Positions 1 to 12,944 of a DNA stretch of 64,000 nt are shown one piece after another (within the stretch, counting starts at the first letter, position 1; every line of letters begins with the position of its first letter). The notes beneath the pieces were generated by a model. The model was not told where the DNA came from, ran no database searches, and saw only the letters and a list, made by a program, of their open reading frames with translations. The DNA is from Octopus bimaculoides (lineage: Eukaryota). The stretch spans positions 20,826,551-20,890,550 of the forward strand of contig NC_068993.1 of the NCBI RefSeq assembly GCF_001194135.2, in the 5' to 3' direction. A program made the translations under genes and the position numbers.

Positions 1-1049
1 ATATATATATATAAAGAGAGAGAGAGGGAGAGAGAGAGAGAGAGAGAGAAAGATAGATAGATAGAGAGATAAATGAAATGTATAAAAGGTAAGGAAATGA
101 AAACAGGGTATGTTAGTTAAAGATGAAATAGTGAGTAGTGTTTCAAGGCGGTGTTAATTAATTGTAATTAATTAATTTATATATTTATTGTTTCTCTCTC
201 TAACGGATCATCTCCTAAGAAGTTGATGAATACTACATGTTATGAACATCCATGCACAGATTCTCTCATTATATCCACCGAATATATATAGCAACGCTGG
301 CCACACTAGTGATTAGTCATGATTTGTCACCGGGGATGTTTAGAAAATGAAAGATTTTCATTATTTCGTTTCATTAATCGGAGATATCAGATTAATCTGA
401 GATATATTAAAACTATGATAAAATGCACAATATATATTTTAATCAAGCGTGTCGTAGACACCCCAGCTTATCTTTGATTCCAAGAAGCAAATCAATATTC
501 ACTTATGAAGTTTTCCATTAAATGCAAATTATATTATTAGAATCGGCAGAGTTATGAATACGGTGCCAATAAAATCAGGGAATAAGGACCAATCGACTGA
601 GTACCAATAAATATTCCAGTTTATGACACACAAATATGTCACATGGGAAATTTAATGATTAATTGCTAAATTCGGATTTAATATTTGCAGTCGACTATAC
701 ATGCAAAGAAGAATTGATGTACAAATTAATAGATAGATAGAGAGAGAGAGAGGGAGACAGAGACAGAGACAGAGAGACAGAGAGAGACAGAGAGAGACAG
801 AGAAACAGACAGACAAACAGACAGACAGATCAAGAAGGAAAGATGGAAAGAAAGAGAGCGAGAGAATAACCCACCTATGTAGACACAGATACACACGCAC
901 ACATATGAGAAGATTGAAAAGAATGTTAGTATTATTCATTTACCATTACATGTGCTTCATTTGCTAATAGGAGTCACAAGGTATACATTTAGGAAAAACA
1001 GGTAAAGTATCTTGTTAGAAATTCTTCAGACAGGTAATCAAATATAGGA

Positions 1050-1170
1050 TTTTTCTACCTACTTAATAATCTTTGCAACCATTTGAATAATCTTTGCAAG
1101 CATTCGAATGATCTCTGCAACCAAATGAATAATTTTTGCAAGAAATTTAATAATTTTTGAAGGCAATTTA
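1050..1170. repeat. ~21-bp subterminal tandem repeats (about 5 copies) downstream of the Tc1-like transposase
   Basis: Units such as aataatctttgcaaccatttg / aataatctttgcaagcattcg / aatgatctctgcaaccaaatg / aataatttttgcaag lie just past the transposase stop. Confidence 0.75.
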
Positions 1171-1225
1171 TTAATAAAAATTTATATAAAAAGAATTGAA
1201 AATAAATTTATTCAAGAATTATTTC

Positions 1226-2275
1226 TCACTTTGCAGAACGTATTAGATACCACAACATTTTTCTGTAAAAGGCCTCGCAGTGATCTGCTGCTATTTCCCC
1301 AAATTCATTTTCAATAAGTGGCCCAAGATTTACTTCATTAATAGCACCTCTCCTTCTCACCAAATTCTTCCAAAGAAAGAAAATATTCTCTATTGGGTTG
1401 AGAAAAGAGGAATATGATGGAAGATATCTAGTGTTATTGGTAGCTTTTTTCAAATCTTCAGACACCCCCTGTAGAGATGAATCCTGGTATTATCCATAAA
1501 AAAAATACTGGATTTCTTATGCCTGTTTCGAAATAAGCTCCTTTTAATTCTTGGAGAGATCTCTTAAAATCTTCAGCATTTACTGCCCTCTCATGGATTT
1601 TATGGTATATCATACCATATTTATTCATGGCCACTACATTAGAAATGTTTCTGCTTCGCACAGAGTGGGCTCTTTGCCCACTCCTCTTACGACCTCTGTT
1701 TGGTCTTGTTACCACCGAAAACCCAACTTTATCTAAAAAGACAGAATTCTTATTATCATTATCCGCTTCAAGATTCCAATAAGCAGTGGCATGTGCTCCC
1801 TTCAATTCAATTGTGCTTTGACAATTTCTTCGCTTGGGAACGAGTGTGACCCTTTCTAAAGTATAATGAAACGGACGTAGGTTTCTATTAATAGTACTTA
1901 TTGATACTTGAATGCTGAATGTCTCCAAGACCCAATCAGAAAAGGTTTTTTAGAGTGTTAGTACAATTTTAGTCTGCATAGGCAAACAATTGCTCTTTAA
2001 CCTCAGAACTAAGTTTAGAACACCTATCACCTCCGCGCTTCAAAATGAGAATAGCACCAGTTTTGGGGTATAGTCTTACAATACTCTTAACTGTTTGGTA
2101 CTTTTTCCCAGACTTAGAAGCTATATTGGAAATTGAATAGCCCTCCAATGTTTTTACCATAATCCTCTCACTATCATCATTGGAAACTGGTGTTCTCCTT
2201 CGATTTCGGAGTTATACCTCTGTTAGAGGTAGTGGAGTTTCATTCGTATCGGCAGGATCATCGGCATTCATAGCA
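1226..2275 (-). pseudogene. Tc1/IS630-family DD34E transposase, frameshifted remnant
   Basis: ORF pieces 1969-2160, 1458-1928 and 1226-1465 join: HTH region (KYQTVKSIVRLY, RGGDRCSKL, VSISTINRNL), FLD(K)VGF, MDNTRIH and YLPSYSSFLNPIE. After correcting one frameshift the D-to-E spacing is 34. The 5' end is interrupted by a SINE at ~2295. Confidence 0.9.
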
Positions 2276-2294
2276 GCAGAGCCATCGCATGACA

Positions 2295-2480
2295 ATCGAT
2301 ACTGGTGTTTTAATGTCCCCGTAACTTAACAGTTAGGCAAAAGAGACGATAGAATAATAAGTACTATACTTACAAAGAATAAGTCTTGGGGTCGATTTCT
2401 TCGACATAAACACTTTAGGGCGGTGCTCCAGCATGTCCGTAGTCAAATGACTGAAACAAGCAAAAGAGTAAAAGAATATA
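2295..2480 (+). mobile_element. Octopus tRNA-derived SINE family A (OK/OR-type), 3' half
   Basis: gtccccgtaact...ggcaaaagagacgatagaat...ggcggtgctccagcatg...gtcaaatgactgaaacaag and an (aaagagt) tail, shared with about 10 other copies in the window. Confidence 0.85.
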
Positions 2481-2486
2481 TATATA

Positions 2487-2686
2487 AACAATTTCAGCGT
2501 GGAAGGTGTTTATAAGCCATTTAAAAACACACAAAAACCATGCAGCAAGGAATTTTGTCAGTGAACAGGTCGCGGTCTCAAAGCGACGAAAATATTTTGG
2601 CAAATTAAATTTAAATGTTTTGAAGTGAATCTAACGGTTTTTGTGTTTTTAAATGGTTTATAAACACCTTCCACGCTGAAATTGCT
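2487..2686. mobile_element. MITE with ~50-bp terminal inverted repeats
   Basis: caatttcagcgtggaaggtgtttataagccatttaaaaacacacaaaaacc (2489-2538) is inverted at 2637-2684; no clear TSD. Confidence 0.75.
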
Positions 2687-2736
2687 TTCGTTCCAGCACA
2701 CAATCACAGATCAAGTCACTTGCTATGCAACTACAT

Positions 2737-2786
<50 letters not shown>

Positions 2787-3473
2787 GGGGTGGGGCAAGT
2801 ATATATGTATGATCACGTGCAAAATTCAGTTCTTCGATTGGAAATATTATTTATAAAATTTGTATTTTGCCCTTCTTCAATGTTTTGTTAGATGTACAGA
2901 ACTGGACGAGAAGTAGACGAAATATAGTAGTTGCTAGTGTCTGTATGTATTTGTGTGCGTATAGGAATTTAAAATGTTTTCTGCTTCGAGAAAGGAAAGC
3001 CAGTTTTTGTATTGCAGTTTTAAGATGTAAAGCAACACATCTTGAAAGTTCTAGATAAAATGCTGAAGTTTAAACTATATCGCAATAAGACACGCGACGG
3101 TGTCTTGATTTCAAGGAGACTTGAGATATGTACTAAATTGCCAATAATCTAAACCATAACGCCAGATTGGATTTCATCCATGCCTTCTTATCAGTCTGTA
3201 AAGTAGCGTTAGGATGCAGATGACTTGATAAATATTAATTCCATGACATTTATGAAGATGTATATATTTTATGGCTGTTTGATTTGGAACTTCAACAAAC
3301 AAGCGTAAAAACTTGTGAATTCTGCTAAGTGATTCCCGCAGTGAATGCTGAAAATATCCTCTACAAAAAGAATGATGAACTTTAAAGTTTTTAAACGAGC
3401 AGGAATCACCAGAAAATTACTTAGAAAATAGAAACACTGACTAAGTTTATATGACATGAAATGAGAAGACAAA

Positions 3474-3655
3474 GCGGCGAGCTGGTAGAATAGTTGGCAC
3501 GTCTGACAAAAAATGCTTAGTGGCATTTCGTCTATATTTTACGTTCTTAGTTCAAATTCTGCCGAGGTCGACCTTGCTTTTTATTCTTTCAGGTCGATGT
3601 GATCGACTTGTCTCTGCCCTCAAATTTCAGGCATTTTGCCAATAGTAAAAAGGAT
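3474..3655 (+). mobile_element. tRNA-derived SINE family B
   Basis: Head gcggcgagctggtagaatag (A-box-like) and gttcaaattctgccgaggtcgac (B-box-like); about 20 related copies in the window. Confidence 0.85.
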
Positions 3656-4194
3656 ATCAGAACGCAATGACTTGAACACTTAGTGGAAAACTAAAAGAAA
3701 GAAAATTTGTAGAGGACAGAGAGAGGAGTGACTGGGTGACCTTGCAAGCTGGCTACAGAAGTACCAAACCGTAATACTTGCTAAGCTGCATCTAGAAAAG
3801 GAAGAGGTGAGGTTTCGTGATAACTGATGCCTAATAAGTATGGAACATAATGAGAGAAAAAATATTCTACGGCTGCTTTTCTCGTTAAAGACAATGAAAG
3901 ATCACGGAAAGGATACATCGATCGACCAGTAACTATTTAGCTAGGTAGATGAATGGAAAAGTAGATGAATGAATGAATGAATGAATGGACGGTTGGACGG
4001 GTGATGGAAGGACAGACAGACGAATAGACACGGAAAAACATATATGTATGTGTGTATATCACAGTATCGCAGTATCGATCAGACCACCAGATATGGTTAT
4101 ACACTGCTGATCATGAGTATGTATGCATGTGTATATATAATATGCGACATATATCAATATGTATGTATATGCGTATATACGTATATATATGGGA

Positions 4195-4378
4195 GAATAT
4201 ACAAATAATAACAACAGACGAGGACAGGTGGTGTAAATAACAAAAGTATATATTAGTATGACGCTCGGGAATACGGGAAGTCATTGACGTTTCGAGCTAC
4301 GCTCTTCAACAGAAAGAATACGGAGACAAGGAGAAAAACACGGAGAAAAAAAATTGAATAGTGTCCAGTCAACGGTCA
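4195..4378 (-). mobile_element. Short non-coding repeat carrying a hammerhead-like motif (putative Penelope-derived pLTR/retrozyme)
   Basis: Contains the motif at 4281-4317, a related copy lies at ~34870-34985, and it is bounded by microsatellites. Confidence 0.55.
4281..4317 (-). ncRNA. Minimal type-I hammerhead ribozyme motif, core variant CUGUUGA
   Basis: Minus strand: TCTTT-CTGTTGA-A-GAGC-gta-GCTC-GAAA-C-GTC-AATGA, giving stem II GAGC/GCTC, GAAA, a palindromic ACGT mini stem III, a GUC cleavage triplet and stem I TCTTT/AATGA (1 mismatch). Confidence 0.6.
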
Positions 4379-4379
4379 A

Positions 4380-4440
<61 letters not shown>

Positions 4441-4802
4441 CACACATACACTCATATATGTGTGAGTGTGTGTTTGTGTATGTGTGTGTTTGTATATAAA
4501 TATACATAGATAGAGAGAGAGAAAGAGGGAGAGAAAGATTGAGTGAGTGTATCAGAAAGAGAAACAGGAAACAAGAAATAATGCGAAATCGACGTACAGG
4601 ATTAAGACTTATCGGGATGCGAAAGTTGGATTTCGTCATTACCAAATAAGAAAATAGGTCACAGACTATTTGAAAATGAGATCTGTAACCTATAAGCTGG
4701 TGCGTGTCGTGTCTAGATAAGTATTTATCATCCATTTAGTATCTTGAAAATGGAGGAATAAGTAAAAAAAAAAAAAAAGATTAATTAAATAAAGAAATAA
4801 AA

Positions 4803-5203
4803 AGGCGCAAACGTGGCTGTGTGGTAGAAACTTTGCTTCCCATCCATATGGTTCCAGGGTCAGTCCCACCGCTTGGCACCTTGGGCAAGTATCTTTTACT
4901 ATAGCTTTGGCCGACCAAAGTCTTGTAAGTGAATTTGGTGGAGAGAAACTGAAAGAAGCCCACCGTTTACACACACACACATACACTAGCACATTTAAGT
5001 ATGTATGAATGTATGTGCATATATATATATATATNNNNNNNNNNNNNNNNNNNNNNNNNNNNNNNNNNNNNNNNNNNNNNNNNNNNNNNNNNNNNNNNNN
5101 NNNNNNNNNNNNNNNNNNNNNNNNNNNNNNNNNNATATATGTGTGTGTGTGTGTGTGTGTGTGGTTGTGTGTATATATGTGTGTATATATGTGTGTATAC
5201 ACA

Positions 5204-5245
<42 letters not shown>

Positions 5246-5420
5246 CATGAGTGCGTGTGTCTGTGTTTGTCCCCTACCCCCGCTTGACAACCTGTGTTGG
5301 TGTGTTTACATCCCGTAACTTATTAATTCGACAAAAGAGACCGACGGAGTAGGTACCAGGCTTTAACAAAAATGAATACTGGGATCGATTCATTCGACTA
5401 AACGTTCTTCGAGACGGTGC
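4803..5420 (+). mobile_element. SINE family A, near full length with internal (CA/TA)n and N-gap
   Basis: Head cgtggctgtgtggtagaaac...ggttcagtcccac, CORE-like ccttgggcaagt, internal microsatellite and conserved 3' half. Confidence 0.85.
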
Positions 5421-5829
5421 AACAGACACGAGACAAGTAAAAAAAAATAATAACGATACAAGTTAAATAAAAGAGGCGGGACCAGCACATTAAATTCACT
5501 TGATTTTTACGAATTATCAACATTCTCTTTAAAGGAGGTAAGTTTATATCTTGGTAGGGTGTTCACAACCATGTATTACATAACAATGCATATAATGTTA
5601 CATAACGTTTTATATATATATAGACAGAGAGAGAGAGAGATAAATAGATAAAAATATATATATATATATATGGAATATGTTGTAAATATGTGAAGAATTT
5701 CTTAAAGGTCTTGTGGGAATCGTGTTTATTTAAATCTCTTTAGATTTTCAGAATTCCATCTACGTGTGTGTGTGTATGTGTACTTATGTATGCGTGTACG
5801 TATACATGTGTAAGTGTGTGTATATATAA

Positions 5830-5868
<39 letters not shown>

Positions 5869-6036
5869 TTGTTCTTTAGTTTTAACCATCATCAAGGTCA
5901 TGGTTTAGAAAGTATGTTTTAAAATTATAACTGTAGAAACAAAGGAAAAGAAGTAGGTGCTATGAGTCTCAAGAATATCCGTTCCCACCATTTATTTCTA
6001 TGTGTGTGAGTATGTGTGTGTGTATGTATGTGCGTG

Positions 6037-6071
<35 letters not shown>

Positions 6072-6332
6072 TGTATTCGAGCATGTCTATGTGTGCAGTG
6101 TACGATAAGTCTTCATAAGATATTTTGTAACAGTAGTTAAATTCCTTGAATACCTTTTGTCAAATATTTGAAATTTTTAAAGCGTATGTAAGATTGCAAA
6201 TCTACATCAATTAAAATTTCACGCTGAATACTTGATGGAATGCACGTGTACAAATGCTTTACACAAAGATACATAATAATAACACATATACACATACATG
6301 CATACGTACGTATGTATATCCAGAGATGTGTA

Positions 6333-6712
6333 TAATTGGATATTGGTTCAAATTTTGGTACAAGCCATTGCGTTTTTGTTTTCTGACGTGTAGTATTAAG
6401 TCGTTTATATCGACGCCAGTGTTCAACTGGTTATTTCATCGACCCCGAAGACAATCAAGAGCAAGTTTGACTCCACCGAAATTCGAACTCAGAATTTATA
6501 GAACCTGATATACGTTTATTGTTCAACTAATGATTCTGCCAGCTCATCGCTTTTGTATAATCAACGAATCCTCTTTATAATAGGCTTGAGTTGACATTTT
6601 AGGCTGCACTAGTCAATTAAAATGACCCCAAAATGATGAAAGACAAATTTGATCTCAACGGAATTTGAACTCAGAACGTAAGGGTACACGGAATTTTGCT
6701 TGCTCGCCGTCT
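6333..6712 (-). mobile_element. Two tandem SINE family B copies (6333-6550, 6565-6712)
   Basis: Reverse-complement heads (gattctgccagctcatcgc; gaatttgaactcagaacgta). Confidence 0.75.
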
Positions 6713-7114
6713 TTACAATCAAATAAATAATAAACCATGTTCATGTACGCATACGCATACACTTTGTCATGCGTGCTTGAATACACTCAAATATACATAA
6801 ATGAAAATAGACGTCGTAGTCGATGACCTGCACTACCAGTGTTTAAGTATTTCACATGTATATATGCTATTTAGGCAAAATCAGTGTGAATATTTTAATT
6901 CATGTGAAGGGTGTCCACGATATTATTCAGAAGTTTATGATAAAAAAATATTTGAAGATGATACGCGGTGAGGTCGAACACAGGATTTCTTAAGTGAGAA
7001 ACAAACTGCTTAACCATTCAGCCAAAACGAAAACGCATGGAGTATACAAAAGAATATAAATCACTTCATACGCATACATACATACATATACAGATAGTTA
7101 CATACATTTGTACA

Positions 7115-7207
<93 letters not shown>

Positions 7208-7222
7208 GTATGTATATATATA

Positions 7223-7434
7223 TTTTATAATTATAAGCATAATTATAATTAGGGTTCAGCAAAATTGCTTCATCAAATAACGAAATTTAGAAATAGCAGT
7301 TAAATACTATTCCACTACCATAATATATCTCCCAGACAGCAATACTCCCAACTCATGCAGGCAAAGAGAAATTTCAGTATGTGGTGAAACAATTTTGCTG
7401 AACCCTAATTATAATTATGCTTATAATTATAAAA
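7223..7434. mobile_element. MITE/foldback with perfect 45-bp inverted repeats embedded in (TA)n
   Basis: TTTTATAATTATAAGCATAATTATAATTAGGGTTCAGCAAAATTG at 7223-7267 with its exact reverse complement at 7390-7434; (TA)n on both sides. Confidence 0.75.
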
Positions 7435-7437
7435 CTG

Positions 7438-7487
<50 letters not shown>

Positions 7488-7641
7488 GCACGCATGCATG
7501 CACGCACACCATTGTGTAGAAATACAAGAATAACATATATAATACTTCGCTTTTGTACCTGGTTTGCAAGATTCTTGGTGTGAATTTGTGTGCTGAAGCA
7601 ATTTTTTTTCTGTCTGGGGAAAGTCATATTGATTTAATGAC

Positions 7642-7784
7642 TTATTATCTAATACACACACCGGTTCGATTTCCATTCATTTATTAATTATGCATTTTTG
7701 TTTCCTCCAACGAAAACTTTGGAAGAATATATATATCAGTAATATATGAGTGGAAATCGAACCGGTTGGTGTGTTAGATAATAA
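7642..7784. repeat. Short inverted-repeat element (39-bp arms)
   Basis: ttattatctaatacacacaccggttcgatttccattcat versus atgagtggaaatcgaaccggttggtgtgttagataataa. Confidence 0.7.
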
Positions 7785-8082
7785 GGTATAAAAACAATAT
7801 AACTCTTCCCAGAAACAGCATATATAATACTTAAATACCCGTAATCATACATACATACATACATACATACATACATACAAGCAGCTACAATCATAGAGCG
7901 TACAAAGTAATATACTATATATGTATATACTTCGACTTAGTTGTTGATCGGGGAGGTCCTTGATGTGGGATCGTATGTTGAAACAAATCTTATTATAATA
8001 TGATGACCTTACCAAGATTCACGATATTTGTTTATATATATAAAAAGAGAGAGAGAGAGAGAGAGTGTGTGTGTGTGTGTGG

Positions 8083-8128
<46 letters not shown>

Positions 8129-8744
8129 ATATGCTCCTTAAGCATTCGACAACTGAGCTGCCAATTTTGACGTATGGAGTATCAAAAGATTCAGTAATCT
8201 TTCGGCTACCAAATAACTTTATTTTCAATTACATATTTTCTACATTATCTCAACAACCAGCTATAGGTACATGAATGACACTGCTCTACAACGACCAGAT
8301 TTCACTAGAAAGAGAATATAGTTTCACACTTTCAATTTGAACGAAAATTACAAGGTGTTGCATTTCGAGAGTGACGATGTGTGAATAATGAAAGTGATTT
8401 CTCTGAATTAGTCACATCTGTACTATAATAAAGAATCTGTCTATATACATAAAGGGTACCAAATAAACTGTTTTTGGCTCAACTCTTTTTTACTGCTAAA
8501 ATAACCTTAGAAACGAGGTCGAGTCACACAATTTTGAGGTCATTTTCGGGCAATATTTCGATTTGCTTCTAATGTTTAACTTTCGTCCGATATTTCATGC
8601 ATGCGTAGAAGTCTATTCAGACAAACAATTATGAAAATGTACACATAAATATTGTATTGAAATAAGCCACAACCAAAAACATTTCATTAAAAGATATCCA
8701 TTTCTCTATATGTTATGCGAAATGCAGTCACCTGCTCCCTCTCT

Positions 8745-8795
<51 letters not shown>

Positions 8796-8819
8796 ACACA
8801 CACACACATACACGCATAC

Positions 8820-8893
8820 ACACGCACACATACATACAAAAATGATGTATGCGTATGTATTTATATACGTGTATATGAAAGATAATGTGTGTA

Positions 8894-8928
<35 letters not shown>

Positions 8929-9132
8929 ACGAGTGAATGCCACTTACACATACATGCAAAAAATACATGCATGACAACAAACATCTTCACTCACTCTCTC
9001 TCACATACACACGCACTCACATACATACATACACACACGTCCATTTCATATGCACGTACATACATACGCACACACATACACAACACAAAATATGTTTGCG
9101 TGTGTATTTATATACGTGTATATGAAAGATAA

Positions 9133-9181
<49 letters not shown>

Positions 9182-9252
9182 ATGATGCCACTTACACGTA
9201 CATGCAAAACAATACATACAGGACAACAAACACCTTCACTCACTCTGTCTGT
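8820..9252. repeat. ~247-bp tandem repeat built from microsatellite blocks, running into a gap
   Basis: gtatttatatacgtgtatatgaaagataatgtgtg at 8857 and 9104; atgccacttacac...gacaacaaaca-cttcactcactct is also repeated. Confidence 0.8.
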
Positions 9253-9924
9253 NNNNNNNNNNNNNNNNNNNNNNNNNNNNNNNNNNNNNNNNNNNNNNNN
9301 NNNNNNNNNNNNNNNNNNNNNNNNNNNNNNNNNNNNNNNNNNNNNNNNNNNNNNNNNNNNNNNNNNNNNNNNNNNNNNNNNNNNNNNNNNNNNNNNNNNN
9401 NNNNNNNNNNNNNNNNNNNNNNNNNNNNNNNNNNNNNNNNNNNNNNNNNNNNNNNNNNNNNNNNNNNNNNNNNNNNNNNNNNNNNNNNNNNNNNNNNNNN
9501 NNNNNNNNNNNNNNNNNNNNNNNNNNNNNNNNNNNNNNNNNNNNNNNNNNNNNNNNNNNNNNNNNNNNNNNNNNNNNNNNNNNNNNNNNNNNNNNNNNNN
9601 NNNNNNNNNNNNNNNNNNNNNNNNNNNNNNNNNNNNNNNNNNNNNNNNNNNNNNNNNNNNNNNNNNNNNNNNNNNNNNNNNNNNNNNNNNNNNNNNNNNN
9701 NNNNNNNNNNNNNNNNNNNNNNNNNNNNNNNNNNNNNNNNNNNNNNNNNNNNNNNNNNNNNNNNNNNNNNNNNNNNNNNNNNNNNNNNNNNNNNNNNNNN
9801 NNNNNNNNNNNNNNNNNNNNNNNNNNNNNNNNNNNNNNNNNNNNNNNNNNNNNNNNNNNNNNNNNNNNNNNNNNNNNNNNNNNNNNNNNNNNNNNNNNNN
9901 NNNNNNNNNNNTCTAATGTTTTTC

Positions 9925-10378
9925 TTGGTAATCCACGGAAAAAAAGACATTACGAATCTTTAAGAATTTTCTTCCTTTTTTCTGAAAGAAACACTAAAAT
10001 CTCCTTCCCAAACATCCACCCATCACCTCACCACTTTCAAAAAGCTACTAACTCCCAATGTTTCACTTTTAGCTCTTTGGAAAGCGGGGAAGTTTCTTTA
10101 GAAATAATATCATTTACCTGTTGCTTCTAGCATGTCGGGTTTTCTGGTGGTGGTTCGGTATATTTTACGTCTGCTATTTCAGTTCAATTTTACGCATGCG
10201 TGAAACATTAGACGAAAGTGAAACATTGAGAGATTTTAGCTTTTTCAAAGCGGGTAGATGATGGGTGGGCGAGGTGGTGGCAGGAACATTGAGTGTTTCT
10301 TTAAGATAAATTAAACTTTAAATAAAATATATATATTTCCCAGATTCGTAATGTCTGTATTTTTCTACGTGGATAAAA
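9925..10378. mobile_element. Foldback/MITE: ~450-bp imperfect palindrome
   Basis: Nested inverted blocks: atccacg...agacattacgaatct / agattcgtaatgtct...cgtggat; aaagaaacact / agtgtttcttt; ccacccatca...aaaaagcta / tagctttt...tgatgggtgg; caatgtttcacttt / aaagtgaaacattg. Confidence 0.75.
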
Positions 10379-10743
10379 AGAAAATTCGAAAAAATATTAT
10401 ACTCTGAGAAACTGCGGTGAGGATGGAAGGAGATTAAAATTTTGAAAACGTGATTTCTGAGCAAAATCGTATTAACCCCCTTTTATACGATGAAACAATA
10501 CATAGTTTGTGATCCTTCTTAAGAACAGAAAGCACTTTCATGCAAACCCATGCAAATTGTACCTTCCCTCTCCCTTCACTTTCAAACAAACAATAATTTC
10601 CATTACGCCAGTAATCCAGTTCACTATATATATCAGCTGTGCTGATTCTGCCTATGAGAAAGGAACAAATAATACTATGTGCTGTAGGTCATAACATCCG
10701 GGCAACACCGGGATGCATTGCTAGTGGTGTGTGTGTGTGTGTA

Positions 10744-10775
<32 letters not shown>

Positions 10776-12129
10776 TGTACACGTTCATACATACGTGAGT
10801 CTTACATGTACACATACACACACGTGTTAGTTTGTGATATTCATAGAATTATAGGAAAAAATAAGACGTAACTATCTTTCTCTTTCAGACACGTACACAC
10901 ATCTTCGCAGAAAATAAACAAACTTAAAACCACGCGTTATCAGGTATACGTGTGAGAAGTGCTATTTTATTCTTTTTATTTTTTTTTTATATTTGCCTAA
11001 AAAAGAGAAGTTTTCTTCTGATCCAAAGATAATTTTCACCGATCAAATTACAAGAGTTCTAACGTAGAACGAATTGGCGCATGTTTTCAGTCAATTAGCA
11101 ACATCATTTGTTTCGGTAATTAGCAAAAGACTGGTTCAGCGATAATATATTCTATTAAGGTAAATTAAGGTACCTGCCTAATTAGCCTTCATGTTTTATC
11201 TCCTCATTTTACTTGCAATAAATAACAGGCTTTATAAGGAGTTTTGAATTGTCTTCCAAATCTATAAAATAGTAGATGCTATGACGTACAATATACGCCA
11301 ACGGACAGTAGAATAATTATTAAAACTATTATTGCTTTTTTAATAAATATATATATATAAACGAGAATGATGAGCTACAGGTCACAAAAACAAGGGTACC
11401 GTTGAGTGCGATATGTACCTGTAAGAAACTCAGGTCGACCTAAATGAAAGTGAGTAGACGGAAACTGTCGTATGAACCATACACATTATGATGCTTAATC
11501 CTTTACCCTGTTTAACACCACCACTTAGCCATTAAGGGCCTTTAATGAAGTCCACAATATTTCAAACATTCGGACCAGTTATTCTGGTCGGCGGGTATCA
11601 TCTCCTCTGAAGTTACACACTACCACCAACTATATTCATTAAAATATGAGCATGCTATCAGATGTTAAACGTCTCTGAAATATATTTAGGTTGTGCAAAC
11701 GTGTGAAAAATGTATACAAAACTGTAAAGTCAACTTGCTCGTTCCAAGAACTCTTCGGTTCTTCTTCCATAGATTTCTGACTGATACTAAAGATATCACG
11801 CATTTCAACAGTCAATCGGAGATAGTGTGGTAGTCGCTATCTGGCTCCAGGTTAGCCCTGATAGAGCCGATCGATGATCAAATGTGCGCCAGCCGAGACC
11901 ATCCGCATTCTTTCTCAGATGACAAAGTTTGATTTAAGGGGTCAGCAACTACTTTTGGTAATGGCACTCTTCTGATTGTTTTTTTTAATATTTGCTTGTA
12001 ACACACATCATATCATATTATATCAAAGAGCTACTGCTGAACTCAAATGGGTCACTGGCCAAACAATGATATGCACGTGTAACGTGCATATTATGTGTGT
12101 ATATTTTAGCGGTTTGTTTTCACTTCATT

Positions 12130-12900
12130 CAAATCAAGCATGGTAGAAATAAGTAACCCTCATCTCCATAACTGCAGCTGCGAAGTTGGTGACAGAAATC
12201 CAATTGGTCTAGCTTGTGCAGGTGGAGGCATAGCAGCATGCCGGGATACAGACGGTGATGCAAGATAAACATATGGAATTGTGTTTTGAAGCTGGACACA
12301 TGTCTGTTTAGACGGTAGGACTGGAAATTACTTTTGTCACTAGCAATCTGCATTCTTATATAAACGCAGTTATCTTCACTTTATCTTGTCACTCGTATTA
12401 TTTGAAAGCGAGACAGTGATTCTGATGTCCACGCAGCTCTTTCTAGTTTTAAAAATATATCATGGCTTGTCTAGCTGGTGTATCTAGATCGTAAGAATGT
12501 GTGGCAGATGATTGACAAATTTCCAACTAAGGATAAACTAATAATGTAGTTGTCATGCTCTGCATTTCTGTAACAACGAATTAACCTCACTTCCGTAATT
12601 TTAGGTGCACAAAAAGAGTAGTAGAAGCAAGAGCAGTCGCGTTTTTCTATCCTCAGCCACTCGACAGCGTCCTTTATTGAAGTGCTGCGGAGTCAGTTCT
12701 GATCGTTACTGATAATTGTTGAGTGAAGCTTTTTTGAGCCACAGACGTCGGATCTATCAGGCTGGCAGTAAGGGTATCACACATTTGCGACAAGGAGTTA
12801 CCACTACTTTCGTAGTGAAGTTTCATATTGGTTGAGGCGTGAGTAGTTGTGATTCTCTGGTCCCCTGCGTGGATGAGTCTCTGTGGAAGTGCCGTGTGAT
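12130..12900 (-). pseudogene. Possible heavily decayed Gypsy-type pol fragment (RNase H end to integrase)
   Basis: GC-richer island with weak by-eye matches across frames: HTALPQRL (cf. YTANRLQRW), MKLHYESSGNSLSQMCDTLTASLI (cf. IQY...FGQADALSRLI), TDSAALQ; many stops. Confidence 0.25.
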
Positions 12901-12944
12901 GTCTTCATTGATCACTTTTATTTATTTATTTATTTACTTATTTA

